Below, piece after piece: positions 39,775 through 52,400 of a stretch of 64,000 nucleotides of DNA. The notes under the pieces were generated by a model. The model did not search any database. It was not told the DNA's origin and saw only the letters and a list, made by a program, of their open reading frames with translations. The DNA comes from Octopus bimaculoides (taxonomy: Eukaryota), in contig NC_068999.1 in assembly GCF_001194135.2 (NCBI RefSeq), forward strand, positions 1,602,821 through 1,666,820, read 5' to 3'. Positions within the stretch are counted from its first letter, which is position 1. Each line of letters opens with the position of its first letter. The translations under genes and the position numbers were made by a program.

Positions 39775-40769
39775 TTCTTCGTGTTTGACATCGTCTCCGT
39801 TACAATCTCTTCAGCTTTGAATGTTTGTCCTATCTTTCGTTTATTCTCTGTTTTGATTTGTTAAATGCACACAGACGCACACATATACAGACACCCACAT
39901 TGTCACACTCACAGACACACACACACACACACACACACACACGTACGCACACGCATACTGACACACATACAGACGCACACAGAAACATACCCACGCACAC
40001 ACATAGATGCTTATATATATATANNNNNNNNNNNNNNNNNNNNNNNNNNNNNNNNNNNNNNNNNNNNNNNNNNNNNNNNNNNNNNNNNNNNNNNNNNNNN
40101 NNNNNNNNNNNNNNNNNNNNNNNNNNNNNNNNNNNNNNNNNNNNNNNNNNNNNNNNNNNNNNNNNNNNNNNNNNNNNNNNNNNNNNNNNNNNNNNNNNNN
40201 NNNNNNNNNNNNNNNNNNNNNNNNNNNNNNNNNNNNNNNNNNNNNNNNNNNNNNNNNNNNNNNNNNNNNNNNNNNNNNNNNNNNNNNNNNNNNNNNNNNN
40301 NNNNNNNNNNNNNNNNNNNNNNNNNNNNNNNNNNNNNNNNNNGTATGTATGTATATACATACATATACATGGCTCTGTGTGTTTGTGTGTTTGTGTTTGT
40401 GCGTGTCTTTCTTTAGAATGAAGAATGAAATGTTTTGGAGCGTGTATTTTATTTTCCCCTTCCGCACCAAATAGGCACTTTACACACATCTTCACCTAGA
40501 CGCATATATACCCGCATATATACACACATTCCCCTGTGCCACCCAGCCTCCATTCGCTGTCTATATAAACCGTCAATTTTGCAAATATCAACCAGAATGT
40601 TAAAATCGGGAATTGTCTTGTCTGATTCTTTTGAACGACTTGGTAATAATGTTATTACAGACTCTTTTTTTTTTTTGGTGTGGTTTATATTTTTGTTGTT
40701 GTTTTGTTTTGAGGATATAATTTTATTATTTTTTAACTATATATTATAACTGATTTTACATTAGTTTCA

Positions 40770-40930
40770 AATGTTGGCACAAGGTTAGTAAGTTCGAAGG
40801 AGGGAATACGTAGATTATACCGACCGCAGTGTTCAACTGGTAACTTAATCTGTCAACCCTGAAAGGATAAAAGGAAAAGTAGACATCGGTGGGATTCGAA
40901 CTCGGAACTTAGAAGGCCTGAATTGACTAG
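40770..40930 (-). mobile_element. Degenerate SINE family A monomer
   Basis: ttggcacaagg...gaccgcagtgttcaactggtaactt..gtcaaccctgaaaggataaaagg..attcgaactcggaac. Confidence 0.75.
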
Positions 40931-41031
40931 TCAATAAGTACAGGTCCTCCAACTGTGACTACCACATCTTATTCGCAAACTTACATATGTCTTTCGTTTC
41001 TAAGAATGTACTAGAATCGCATAACATATTC

Positions 41032-41237
41032 TTTTCTACTCTAGGCACAGGGCCCGAAATTTGGTGGGAGGAGGCCAATCGATTAGATCGACCCCAGCTG
41101 GTACTTAATTTATCGACCCCGAAAGGATGAAAGGCAAAATCGACCTCGGCGAAATTTGAACTCAGAATATAAAGACAGACGAAACGCCGTTAAGCATTTC
41201 GCCCGGCGTCCTAACGCTTCTGCCAGCTCGCCGCCTT
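41032..41237 (-). mobile_element. SINE family A monomer, full length with TSD
   Basis: Well-conserved copy; 16-bp TSD atcgca(t/c)aacatattc at 41016-41031 and 41238-41253. Confidence 0.93.
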
Positions 41238-42768
41238 ATCGCACAACATATTCATCGATAGATGGTGTCTTATAGAAAATTAGAGTGGTCTTTTATATTA
41301 GTTCTGTTGGATCGAAACTAGAGAGAATTCTAAGCTACCCAAACACCAAAACCGACATGTTGTATTATATAGTCTTAGAAACGGGAAAATGGTAGAATTA
41401 CAGGGAACTCTTTATATCCTCTGCGGTAAAACAATAATACATTTAATTCACAAAGAGCAATATCTTTTATGCTGAAAGGAAGAATTCTCGTGCTTAGGAT
41501 GCTTGTATTACTTCAGAGATGAAAAATAAGTAGTGTCTATTATACTTTTCCTTTGTGGTAAGTCTTTTTACAATTTTCTGTTTCCAAATATATCAGAATT
41601 GTTAAACACATCATAGCCTTCATCGATATTATTAAACTTATATCACACTTTGAAATATCTGCCTTAGATACAACGCTTAGATTTAAAGATAACACGATTC
41701 CAGATTGAATCTCTTAATTAATACGTCTGACTGATCAGAGTCAACCTATTCTTTAAGAAAGCAACATTAATTAACGTTATATTTAATTAACATTTCAATA
41801 CCAACGGATACAGTATTAAACAAAGTAAATATTATATATTTATTTTCGCATCAACCGTGGTGATAGTTATGTGGAATAGATAGGGTGGTAGATTATTAAA
41901 TTTTCCCACAGAGCCTGTATCAGATTGTCAGAGATTGTATTACATGTGTTAATCCATAGATCAAGAGTTCGAATTCCTTATAGATAGTTCAACAAAAGAT
42001 AAGGCAAATAAGTAGTTTCTTACAGTACCGTTATGAGATTGCGAGACTCATATGCGCTGATTTGTATGTCCCGAGTTCAAATGCATTGTGTTTCAAAGCG
42101 TATATTGATTGGTACCGCGATTTTCTACACACCGCATTTCCTTAAAGATGAGTAATGGATCTTGGATAATAATCGTAACTGACGAACGTTCGTAGGAAAC
42201 TCAACATAGGTATTCTTGTTATTGTTAATTTCTGTCTTCAAAAAACCAAATACCACTTGCCTGACTAATCTTTTACATGACAGCACAGTATGATGAAAGG
42301 GAAATTTGACTGTCCGAAAGGCTTTACAAGCAAGACTTCCGAAATAGTCATATTTTAACAGAATTCCACTCAGATCTAGATAACATAGAAAACCGAGGAG
42401 TCTTGATTATGTACTGGGGGGAAATGGAGAGAAGACAAAAAGAAATACATACATGGGAAATGAGAAGTAATAAAAGAGGGCAGTAAAATGGAATCGGGAA
42501 ATGATGCGGTCTACTTTCAATGATTTTGACAGTATCTGATCTATAAATACTTAAGCCACCATGGAAATTAACGAAAAACCATTTAAGGAACCGAAGAGAA
42601 GAGAGTTAAAGCGGATAGTATCAAAAGTCAACGTAGAACTCCATGCGTATTATTGCAGTGATTAAGCCTGACTTAAGGCTAAAAGAGAGGTGGTTTTGAA
42701 CTCCAATGGAAAACAAGTGCAGTTATGGTTTTATTGACAAGAATTTCGCTTTCCAATCACGTGGCTTC

Positions 42769-42770
<2 letters not shown>

Positions 42771-42849
<79 letters not shown>

Positions 42850-42852
42850 GTG
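42771..42852. repeat. (TG)n microsatellite
   Basis: Direct reading. Confidence 0.97.
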
Positions 42853-45800
42853 CGTGGATTTTTACGCTTGCGTTTATTCTCGTACCTCCTACGTTTGTGT
42901 TTATCTTCCTATTTACGTCCCTATAAATTTGTGATTCGGCAACTGTACAGAGAGATTAAATGACAAACTTCAAAATATGTTTGTGGAGGGGTGGAGGGCA
43001 TATTTTCGAATTAATTCTCCAAGTCGGTACTCCAGCATGGCAGCACCCTGATGATGAAGCAAGTAAAATATATATCAGGAAACATAACACATTAATTATA
43101 TTAATGTCCTAAATACACCGAAGTTCATATGTGATCTGGTTTCAATCAATAGAGAAATCTAAATTAGAAATTACAGCTCATAGACGTGGTATAGTCAAGG
43201 AAAATGGCAGACAGAATTTCGATTATATTTGGTGAATTTCTGAGTTCCTGTATAGCTTGTGTCGTGTTTGGTTTTCGTCACTAAATCTAGACCAAAGATT
43301 CGTTGTAATTTAGTCCAAAAACCAACTGAATCCGTCATTATGTACCAAAAAGTTTAATTTGTTGCACTCAGATCACAACATATAGTGAGTACACGCAACA
43401 CGCACACACAAAAGGAAAATATATAGTTTTATATGTGAGTAGGAATCATTGCAACAACTATCTATCAAGCCATTTGCCTACAACGCCTATATGTGTGTGT
43501 GCGTAGAAAGAGAGAGAGGGAGAGAGAGACAAACAGGCAGAGATACACTCACATCTATACGAAGATTGTTACATGGGGAAGGAGACAGCCGAGCATTAGG
43601 TTAGGTTCCAAATATATTCATTGAAGTCTTGTTTTAGAAACAAACATGAAGATTCCGAAGACATCAATAGTTAAAAATAACTGGAAAGCTCTAATTGATG
43701 TCAGACTAAAATGGACGGAGACACTTGTGTGATGCCTACATCATTAATAAATAGAATGGACGCGCATAATTGCTCCCACATTATACCGACATGCATAGAT
43801 GCACACATACATATATACATACATATATATATATGTATGTATATATACATACAAACTTACATATATATATATGTATGCATATGTATGCATATGTATGCAT
43901 ATATATATATATATATATATAGGCATATATACATAAATACATGCATACATATACACACACTTTGAGACGGATTTATATATAGATGAATATAAGTATGTTT
44001 GAATATATACATACACACACACACATATATATATACACACATACATACCAGCNNNNNNNNNNNNNNNNNNNNNNNNNNNNNNNNNNNNNNNNNNNNNNNN
44101 NNNNNNNNNNNNNNNNNNNNNNNNNNNNNNNNNNNNNNNNNNNNNNNNNNNNNNNNNNNNNNNNNNNNNNNNNNNNNNNNNNNNNNNNNNNNNNNNNNNN
44201 NNNNNNNNNNNNNNNNNNNNNNNNNNNNNNNNNNNNNNNNNNNNNNNNNNNNNNNNNNNNNNNNNNNNNNNNNNNNNNNNNNNNNNNNNNNNNNNNNNNN
44301 NNNNNNNNNNNNNNNNNNNNNNNNNNNNNNNNATATATATATATATATATATACTCGCATATACTGTATAATATGAAAGGATATAGTGTCTTTCATCTTT
44401 TATATCATCCAGATATTTACTGCGTGTATATACACACAGAGAGAATCGCACATATAAACATGTACACAAATATACACACGTACACGCACATTCCAAAGCA
44501 TATATTTCTCCAGTAAAATAATTATTGTATGTTTTCTTATCAATCATTTGTCAAAACTAAACTCTATTCTTCCATTATCAAATCTCTAATTGCCGGGAAT
44601 GGTCGAGTCGTTAAAACTGTAGACAAATTGTCCCTTTGTATATTAGAGTTGAAATTACCCGCAGGTGAAATTAGCTTTCATATTGCTACGATCGATACAT
44701 GCCTGCAGCTAACACCGTCCATTAAATCTACTATGTCGCCTCCTCCATTGACATAGCAAATTCGACTGATAGTGTGAGATGTAGCGCTGATTTAACACAT
44801 AATTATCTAAAGACGTTGTTCATACATCAGTGATTTCTTGTCTCTTTTCTGCTTTTTTTTTATGGTAACAATTATGGTCTCTTCATACCGTGGCCCAAAA
44901 TCTCTCGCCATGTCTGTTTATGAACCACCGAATCACTCGCTTCTCAATGTTCTTGTTGTAAATACTACACACTCAACACTATATCCGATCAATGCTCTTC
45001 AGAGTATCTGCCCCTTCAACATCCTTTTGTCTTCGTCAATTTCCGGAAGGTTCCGTATGCACTAGCTAAATGTTAACGTAAAGGAAGTCATTCTCATTGG
45101 TCATCGACGATCGGCGAAAACTTTTTATTTGGCTTTCATAAACCTACTCCATCAACGGGAATACGCGCCACTGTAAATTTTCAATAAAGAAGATGGGAGA
45201 AAATGTTTCTTGAGTTACCCAGAAGAGAAGTGAATGAACATATGAATAAATACATATTTATGTATATATATAGATAGATATATATACACACGTAATAAAT
45301 AGTTATGATGACATAACAACTAATGCCGTACGACGATCAACATACGTTCGCTATGTACAGTTTATCTACATTCGCCGTTGCTACATTCATACTGACCTCT
45401 GTCTTAACTATGATTCACAATTAATTTCAGATCAATCTGGGTGAAAAATACATTACTTTAACAAACTAAGGTGAGCAACGTGAAGTTCATGTATGTGTCC
45501 ATTGTGTACAGGTTTATATAATTGTATGTACTTCTGCCTGTACGTTATAGCTTCATACGTTCTTAAATCCGACATCTTCACAGGCATGTAATTAGAATAC
45601 ATGCTAACATAGAGAGATAAATTCATGAGTTGATGAGGTTGTAACAGGTTTATGATAATATACCACATAAAGAATGTAAAGAGGGATATATTAGTACTAC
45701 GTTAACTAACCAGTGATCCATTTCGTTTAGAATCACGTAATATTCTATTACACAGATTAACCAAACAGATCAGTTCCTCACGATCATCGTTATGGATCGG

Positions 45801-46302
45801 ATTTCGGATGAAAACCATTTAATCAGTGTTCCTAGATTTCCTGCTTCACTTGGCGCGCAAATTATATATGCACGCATGCCTATGTGTGTATATGTAGCGG
45901 GTATGCATGTATGTATGCATTTGTGTATTTATGCATATATATACGTATATATGTATATATGCATATATGCATGTGTGTATATACATATACATATATATGT
46001 GTATGTATATATGTATATATATATATATATCATACAGGTAAACAAAGAGATCGACAGACACATAGTCACACAGATAGATAGATAGATAGATAGATACATA
46101 CATACATACATACATACATACATACATACATAAAATGTATAAATGGCAGGGTAATATTGATGAGTTCCTATAATATAAGAGATCCTGTAATTTTGATGTG
46201 GATATTTTGTAACCCTTCCTGAATTATAATTATGTACCATTTCATATTTAATCGATTTCACACAATACATGTAATTATCTGTGCATATACACACACATAT
46301 AT

Positions 46303-46348
<46 letters not shown>

Positions 46349-49300
46349 GCGTGTGTACGGGTGTGCTTATTATATAGAAATGCGGGTGTATATGAATATT
46401 ATGAGTTTATTGTTGTGTTTTTACATGATTATATACGTATACCATTTCATCATCATCTTCAACATCATCATCGTAAGTATCAGACACCTTATCATCAATT
46501 TCATGTTAATCATCATTTTCTAGACTCATTTCAACATGTACCACACTTACACTCACACACCGCTACTCTCATCCATGTACATATACTTCAGTACAGCCTC
46601 ATTTCCTCGCTTCTCTTGCATAGATATACGTATATCTCATATACTTTTTTTTAACACCGACTGAATTCTATGCATTCCATACGGAATATACGGGACCCGA
46701 TGTAGAAATTTTTGCTTATATGTCTACATAGTGGATATATCTATGACTGTATCTGCATATTGAATGTAGTTGTCTATATAACCTATGGATTTATTTTCGC
46801 TGATAATTGCCTATTACATTTATTTTCTTTATAGCCTATACATCCTATAAATATTTATGCTAATCCATTTTTTTAATCTCCTATATACTTTTATTGCGAT
46901 AGTTGTCAGTTACATTTATCTTATATGTAGCTTCTTTATTTACGACGGCAGTTGCCTATTGCTTGTACTTTTGTATTTGGCCAATATATGTACTTATATT
47001 GACAATTATCCGTTGCATACAGTTTTGCTTACAGCATATACATTCAATTATGAATTAAAAGCCTGACACCTTTAGTAAATTCCATTTTTATAACCGATGC
47101 ATTTAACCCCCGCCGACTCAGTATAGCTTCAAATAGAAACCACAAATGAATACATCACGTTATTTTAAGCAACGGCAAAACAGACTACATATTGAATTCC
47201 TACAATAAATACATGGAATGATGGAATCTAAGAAAGTGTACTTTATTGCAGCCTCCATGAAGAAATAGCTACCACATGAATGTATACATCCTAATAAATA
47301 AATTTTTAAATATTTAGTTCATGAAGGTCGTTGGTGGTTCTTAACAGCCACGTTTACTAAACAGCTTAGGAAAGAGACTGAAGGCAGAAATAACGTAGCT
47401 ACACTACAATATAATGTATTCAATAAGCCATTATTTCCGAGAATACAGCAAAAATAATTTCAAAGACAAGAAACTTTTGCCAGTAGACAGTGTTTCTTTA
47501 TATTCAAAAGACTATATTTTTTGGTCAAACATCTCAACAGAAGAACAGAAGACATTAGAACAGGAAAATACAAGTTATGTCTAGGGTGAGCAAATAGTAA
47601 AGAGTAAATCACCAAAAGTGGAATAAATTGATTTTAATGAGTAAGAAATCTGACGTTTCGGAGGTGAACAATTCATCAGAGTGTCATAAGTTGTTTATAT
47701 TTGCTGGTAGATAATTAGATTAGAAGTTGATGAAGATGAAAAGAAATTTCTAATGAAATCTAGTAGAGTATATAAGTGGTAGGAGAGATTTTCTACATTG
47801 TTGCGCAACCTGCTAGAAACAGCAGCCTAACCTCCCTCGGTTTATTCTCTGTCGCTTTTAAAGAACACATTGCATAATACATACAAAGAAATACATATCC
47901 GTTTAAAACAGACAATCACAGATAAAATACTATGCTTCATAATTTTCTGTGATCATGGGCTGAATAACGTTTTCAACAACAGCAACATGAACCAAGCGAA
48001 TTTTGAACTAAGATCGCAGAGTAAGAAACCTAACGCTACCATTTCAATTTAGTCTGCTTCTCTATCGTTCCTTCTTTATGCTAAATCCTTAAAACTTCAC
48101 GTTTCCATTTTTCATTTCCACACAAATTGAAATATCATTATAACTAACAATATCGCACGATTACAAAATAAATCAAGAAGATTATGTGAGGATAAATGTG
48201 ACATTATGCTATGATAAATGCAGCATTGTTCTTGTATCATTACAACGCTTTCCAAAATAATCCTCTAAAACTAATAACGTTGCAACTAACTTCATATCGC
48301 TCTTTGATAAGAAAAAAAAAAGAAACAGCAGTAAATTTATTAGTCACGGAAACCAAAGCAACATTTTTAACCCTTTGCCATTACAATATGCCATTTATAT
48401 ATCATATTATAAATTATGTCTCAGTTATGCTGCAAAGGCGGATTTTTTTTCTAAAAATATGTTTTCAATACGATGCACGTATTTTTATTTCATTTTATCG
48501 AACAGGGTTCCATGTTAAAACTATTCCAATAATCGAAATTGAAAAGAAATGAGTGCGACAATGATATTTGAGTTTGGAAGTAAATTTATTTTATTTGTAT
48601 TTTTAAACGTATTGTGACAAAGTGGTGGAATATTCTTTCTTCCTCGATTTCATTGAGTGAATAACCTTAATGGTTTCAAGGGCAAAGTGACATTGGTATG
48701 GTTTGAACGTAGGTCGTAGATTGGTTCGTTTTTGTACTATGTCTGTCATTTTACCCACAGCTACGAGCGAATGAGCTTTTAAGCAATCATTTACCCAACT
48801 AGATTTAGCAGCCAAAATTGTCTCCAAACTTAAGAAGTGGAAATGACGCATTATATAATGTAGAGATACTTAGGCTGGAGAGATCGAGGCTTAGCTGGAG
48901 CTAAATTAAAACGAGACAACAATAAGAACAAGATCATCATCTAGGACAACCAAACAGTTTCTGTGTCTTCCATTGTGTATTTAGATGAAGATTGTATGAA
49001 AGAGAGCACTCGAGGCATTTCTCAGATTAAAGATATGTCGAGTCTGAATTTCTATATGTTTATATCTGTAAGGGAATGGAGAGACTGACCGCGGCCCGCA
49101 GTTTTGACGAGTCACATTGAAGAAGCGGATGAAATGAGATGTTTTGAGTGTGATAAAAATTATAAACTAAGAGAGAAAAGCCACCAGAAGTAAGAAGTTC
49201 CTAGGATCGATATAAGAAATGGATTCCTATTTAAATGAAAGCCCAAACTACTGTTGTAACTTCTATAGTTAGAAGATTGAGAAACAAGCAATTTGGAAAC

Positions 49301-49370
49301 TAGATTTATATTTATAGAATGTTGGTGAGTGAGTGTCAAACAGAAGTCTATTTCATATTGTGTATGTTTG

Positions 49371-49746
49371 CACGTCGGACGAAATGCTTAGCGGTATTTC
49401 GTCTGCTGTTACGTTCTGAGTTCAAATTCCACCGAGGTCGACTTTGCCTTTCATCCTTTAGGGGTCGATAAATTAAGTACCAGTTACGCACTGGGGTCGA
49501 TGTAATCGACTTAATCCCTTTGTCTGTCCTTGTTTGTCCCCTCTGTGTTTAGCCCCTTGTGGGCAATAAAGAAATAGGTATTTCGTCTGTCTTTACATTC
49601 TGAGTTCAAATTCCACCGAGGTAGACTTTGCCTTTCATCCTTTTGGGGTCGATAAGTTTAGTACCAGTTGCGTACTGGGGCCCATCTAATCAACTGCCTC
49701 CCTCCCCAAAAGTTTCGCGCCTTGTGCCTAGATTAGAAAAGAATAT
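49371..49746 (+). mobile_element. Dimeric SINE family A, 5'-truncated
   Basis: Same two-monomer structure and ...cttgtgcctaga(t/g)tagaaaagaatat end as the 4648 copy. Confidence 0.92.
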
Positions 49747-50594
49747 GTGTGTTTGGCTGGCTGCAACACCGATCCGCATGTAGAGCACTGCAATCTTGAT
49801 TGCTCATGAGTTTTGTAAATGGTCATTTATAGCTCAGTAGTGAAATATTGTCCGGCTTAAAACAGAAAGGTTAGTCCGGGGAATAATAAATGTTTGGTAA
49901 AGTTATATTTGACAGCGACCCTATTGTGATATTCTCTGCGAACGCCATCAAGATTCAACAAAGCAGTGAGAAATGTAGTAACCGAGGCAATATTTGAAAC
50001 GACGCGACGCGCACGAGCGGTATTTAAAAGCCCAGCAGAATCAGATTGCAAAGTACTATTATTTTCCAAGATTACAATTCAAATTAGATAGAATTTTTTT
50101 TTTTTTTTTTTCAAAGAAACTCCGTCCAAGTGTTTTCGAAATATTCTGCCTCCCCTTCCCCCTCTCTCACTGACTCGTACGTCTGCTTTGAGAAGACCCA
50201 CGTGACAGACACCCCCTCTCTATCTCTTTGTTTGTGAAAAATTGTTGCTACTCTCGTTCCACTTTCTGACTCGAACAGAAGCAATCCCATAATTCCTGAG
50301 TTAACCAGCTTACATGGTGGAATAACCTGGCGGGAAGTTTGAATTCTTTTTTTATTCAAAGCATCCGTTTGCACTATTATATTTTTGGAATATTCTGAAA
50401 ACAAAAATATTATGNNNNNNNNNNNNNNNNNNNNNNNNNNNNNNNNNNNNNNNNNNNNNNNNNNNNNNNNNNNNNNNNNNNNNNNNNNNNNNNNNNNNNN
50501 NNNNNNNNNNNNNNNNNNNNNNNNNNNNNNNNNNNNNNNNNNNNNNNNNTTGTGTGTTCGCGTGTGTTCTTATATAAAAGTAGCCTTTTTCGAA

Positions 50595-51612
50595 ATGAGT
50601 GTTATAAACAATATTTTGAGAAATAGTTTTTCGAAAAGAGACTTCGATGGAAAACAATTAATTATAAACGGTGAGAGACCAACACCGAATTTACCTAATT
50701 TGCAAAGCTACAACAAGAAATTCACGAAACAATTTCAGGTTAATTTGAATGAAAAGAAAAAAATGGTTAACTGGAAGTGCTACACTTAATAAATTATTCT
50801 GTTGGCTTTGTTTACTTTTTTGCTTAGAAAAGAATGTTTGGAATGATAAAGGCTATGATGCTTTAAATAATTTACATATGGCTATGCTAAAGCACTAGCG
50901 TTCTCAAAGGCGTATAAAATCTTTGATAGATCTTAAAATATTCGGGAATGTTCGCATAGACTTACAATTAGATGCTTGTAAAAATCAAAGTATACAACAT
51001 CATAAGGAGAAAGACGAAACAGATCCATTCTGCAACGATTGATCGATGTTATTTATTTTTTTAGGCCTCCGGGAATTATCGTTTTGGGGTCATTTTGAAT
51101 CTGAAGGCTCGTGGAAATTATAAATATGACCAAAAAATGGAAAGTCATCTAGATACAGCTTCTATCTTCAGCGGTCTCTCAAACACAATTCAAAATGACT
51201 TCATCGATGCAATTCATAAAGTTATGTTGAATGAGATGCAAAAGGAAAAAAACTGAGCAAGCTAAGTTTGTTTCTATTCCTGTTGATGAGACATCTGATG
51301 TCTCAGCATATTCACAACCGTCAACAGTTTTACGTTATGTTACAGAAGACTGTGTGACGAAAGAACGATTGATCGGTTTTAGTGATGTTAGTGCAGATCG
51401 CTCTGCAAATGCTTTATCTGAACATGTTTTTAAATGCATTGAGACGTGGCAGTGTGGAAAGAAATTGATTGCACAGAAATATGATGGTGCCGCTACAATT
51501 GCAGGACAATTAAATGGGTTACAGGCAAAAGTAAGACAGAATTATGAATGTACGATCTTTATTCATTGTTGTGCCCATATCCTAAATTTAGTTCTTTCAC
51601 AATCATGTTCTA
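50595..51612 (+). pseudogene. Decayed hAT-superfamily transposase (TTF-type Zn finger + DUF4371-like + N-part of DDE domain), 3'-truncated
   Basis: Across frameshifts and stops: MSVINNIL..RPTPNL..KWLTGSATLNKLFCWLCLLF..VWNDKGY..KH*RS..FGNVRID..ILQRLIDVIYFLGLRELSFWGH..SNTIQNDFIDAI..VDETSDVS..VLRYV..KERLIGF..AQKYDGAA..NGLQAKV..FIHCCAHILNLVL. DETSD, YDGA and CxxH motifs are typical of hAT. Confidence 0.92.
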
Positions 51613-51963
51613 TCCCATCCTGCGTTGTATTTGCGCTTGCACATCATAGATTCATCTATTTCTACGATGTGCCCAAGTCCACCAATTTGGTAGGGGTTAC
51701 GCAAACGATAATTGCTTGTAATGTCCCTCATGTACTGATACCATTGAACAACAGTAGATTTTGAAAGACCGACTTTTTAAAGGACTCTTTACCAAAAACA
51801 GGTGTATAATTTATTTACTTTGTTTAAAAGAAATTATTTACTTTGTTCAGAAAAACCCTCATACATGTTTTGTGCATGACGCGCACTCGCGCTAGGTAGT
51901 CGTAGGATCGACTAGTCACGACTCACTAGCGCGGATGCGCGAGTGCGCGCACCGGAACCACTC
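51606..51963 (-). mobile_element. Merlin (IS1016/ISXO2-like, DDE_Tnp_IS1595) DNA transposon 5' fragment
   Basis: Stop-free minus-strand frame 51776-51606: KVGLSKSTVVQWYQYMRDITSNYRLRNPYQIGGLGHIVEIDESMMCKRKYNAG, matching the Merlin signature TVVDW..CRD...IGG.G.IVEIDES...KRKYNRG. The GC-rich palindromic segment 51880-51963 is the likely 5' end; that boundary is inferred. Confidence 0.85.
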
Positions 51964-51998
51964 TTCTTGAATAGTACCTAAAACGGACTGGGTACATT

Positions 51999-52063
<65 letters not shown>

Positions 52064-52114
52064 TTTCAATAAAGTTAACACATTGTCTGTTTTTTATGTA
52101 TGTATGTATGTATA

Positions 52115-52400
52115 TAAAACGACCAGCGGGTGAAATAATTCAAAGTACTTCTAATTTACAATATTACAAAATAGTGAGAAAACGTCGAGCGATATTTACA
52201 ACATCCCAGCAGGATAAAGATGGGAAAGAACTTTTATTCTACAGTAATACAAAGCTGTGAGAAGTATATGGCGATATATAAAACTCCCAGCAGGTTAAAA
52301 TAGTAAAGTAGTTTTATTTTACAATAATACGAAACAGTGAGAAACCTAGAGCGATATCGAAAAACTATTAGCAACTTAAAACATTAAAAGTACACTTGGT
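52115..52400. repeat. ~81-bp degenerate minisatellite, about 3.5 copies
   Basis: Units start at 52157, 52240 and 52320: TACA(A/G)TA(A/T)TAC..A...GTGAGAA....(A/G)GCGATAT..A..AAC....AGCA...TAAA...AAAG; partial unit upstream. Confidence 0.8.

Noticed and set aside
44560-45180. GC-richer unique block that looked like a LINE or exon remnant
   Set aside because: No continuous frame or recognisable RT/endonuclease motif on either strand.
49857-50069. 70-aa minus-strand ORF (..LLNTARARRVVSNIASVTTFLTALL..)
   Set aside because: No usable splice sites or recognisable domain; openness is explained by the local CpG-rich patch.
52115-52400. CRISPR-like repeat-spacer reading of the 81-bp array (and of 2490-2790)
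   Set aside because: Whole units are homologous and degenerate with no unique spacers, there are no cas genes, and the context is eukaryotic.
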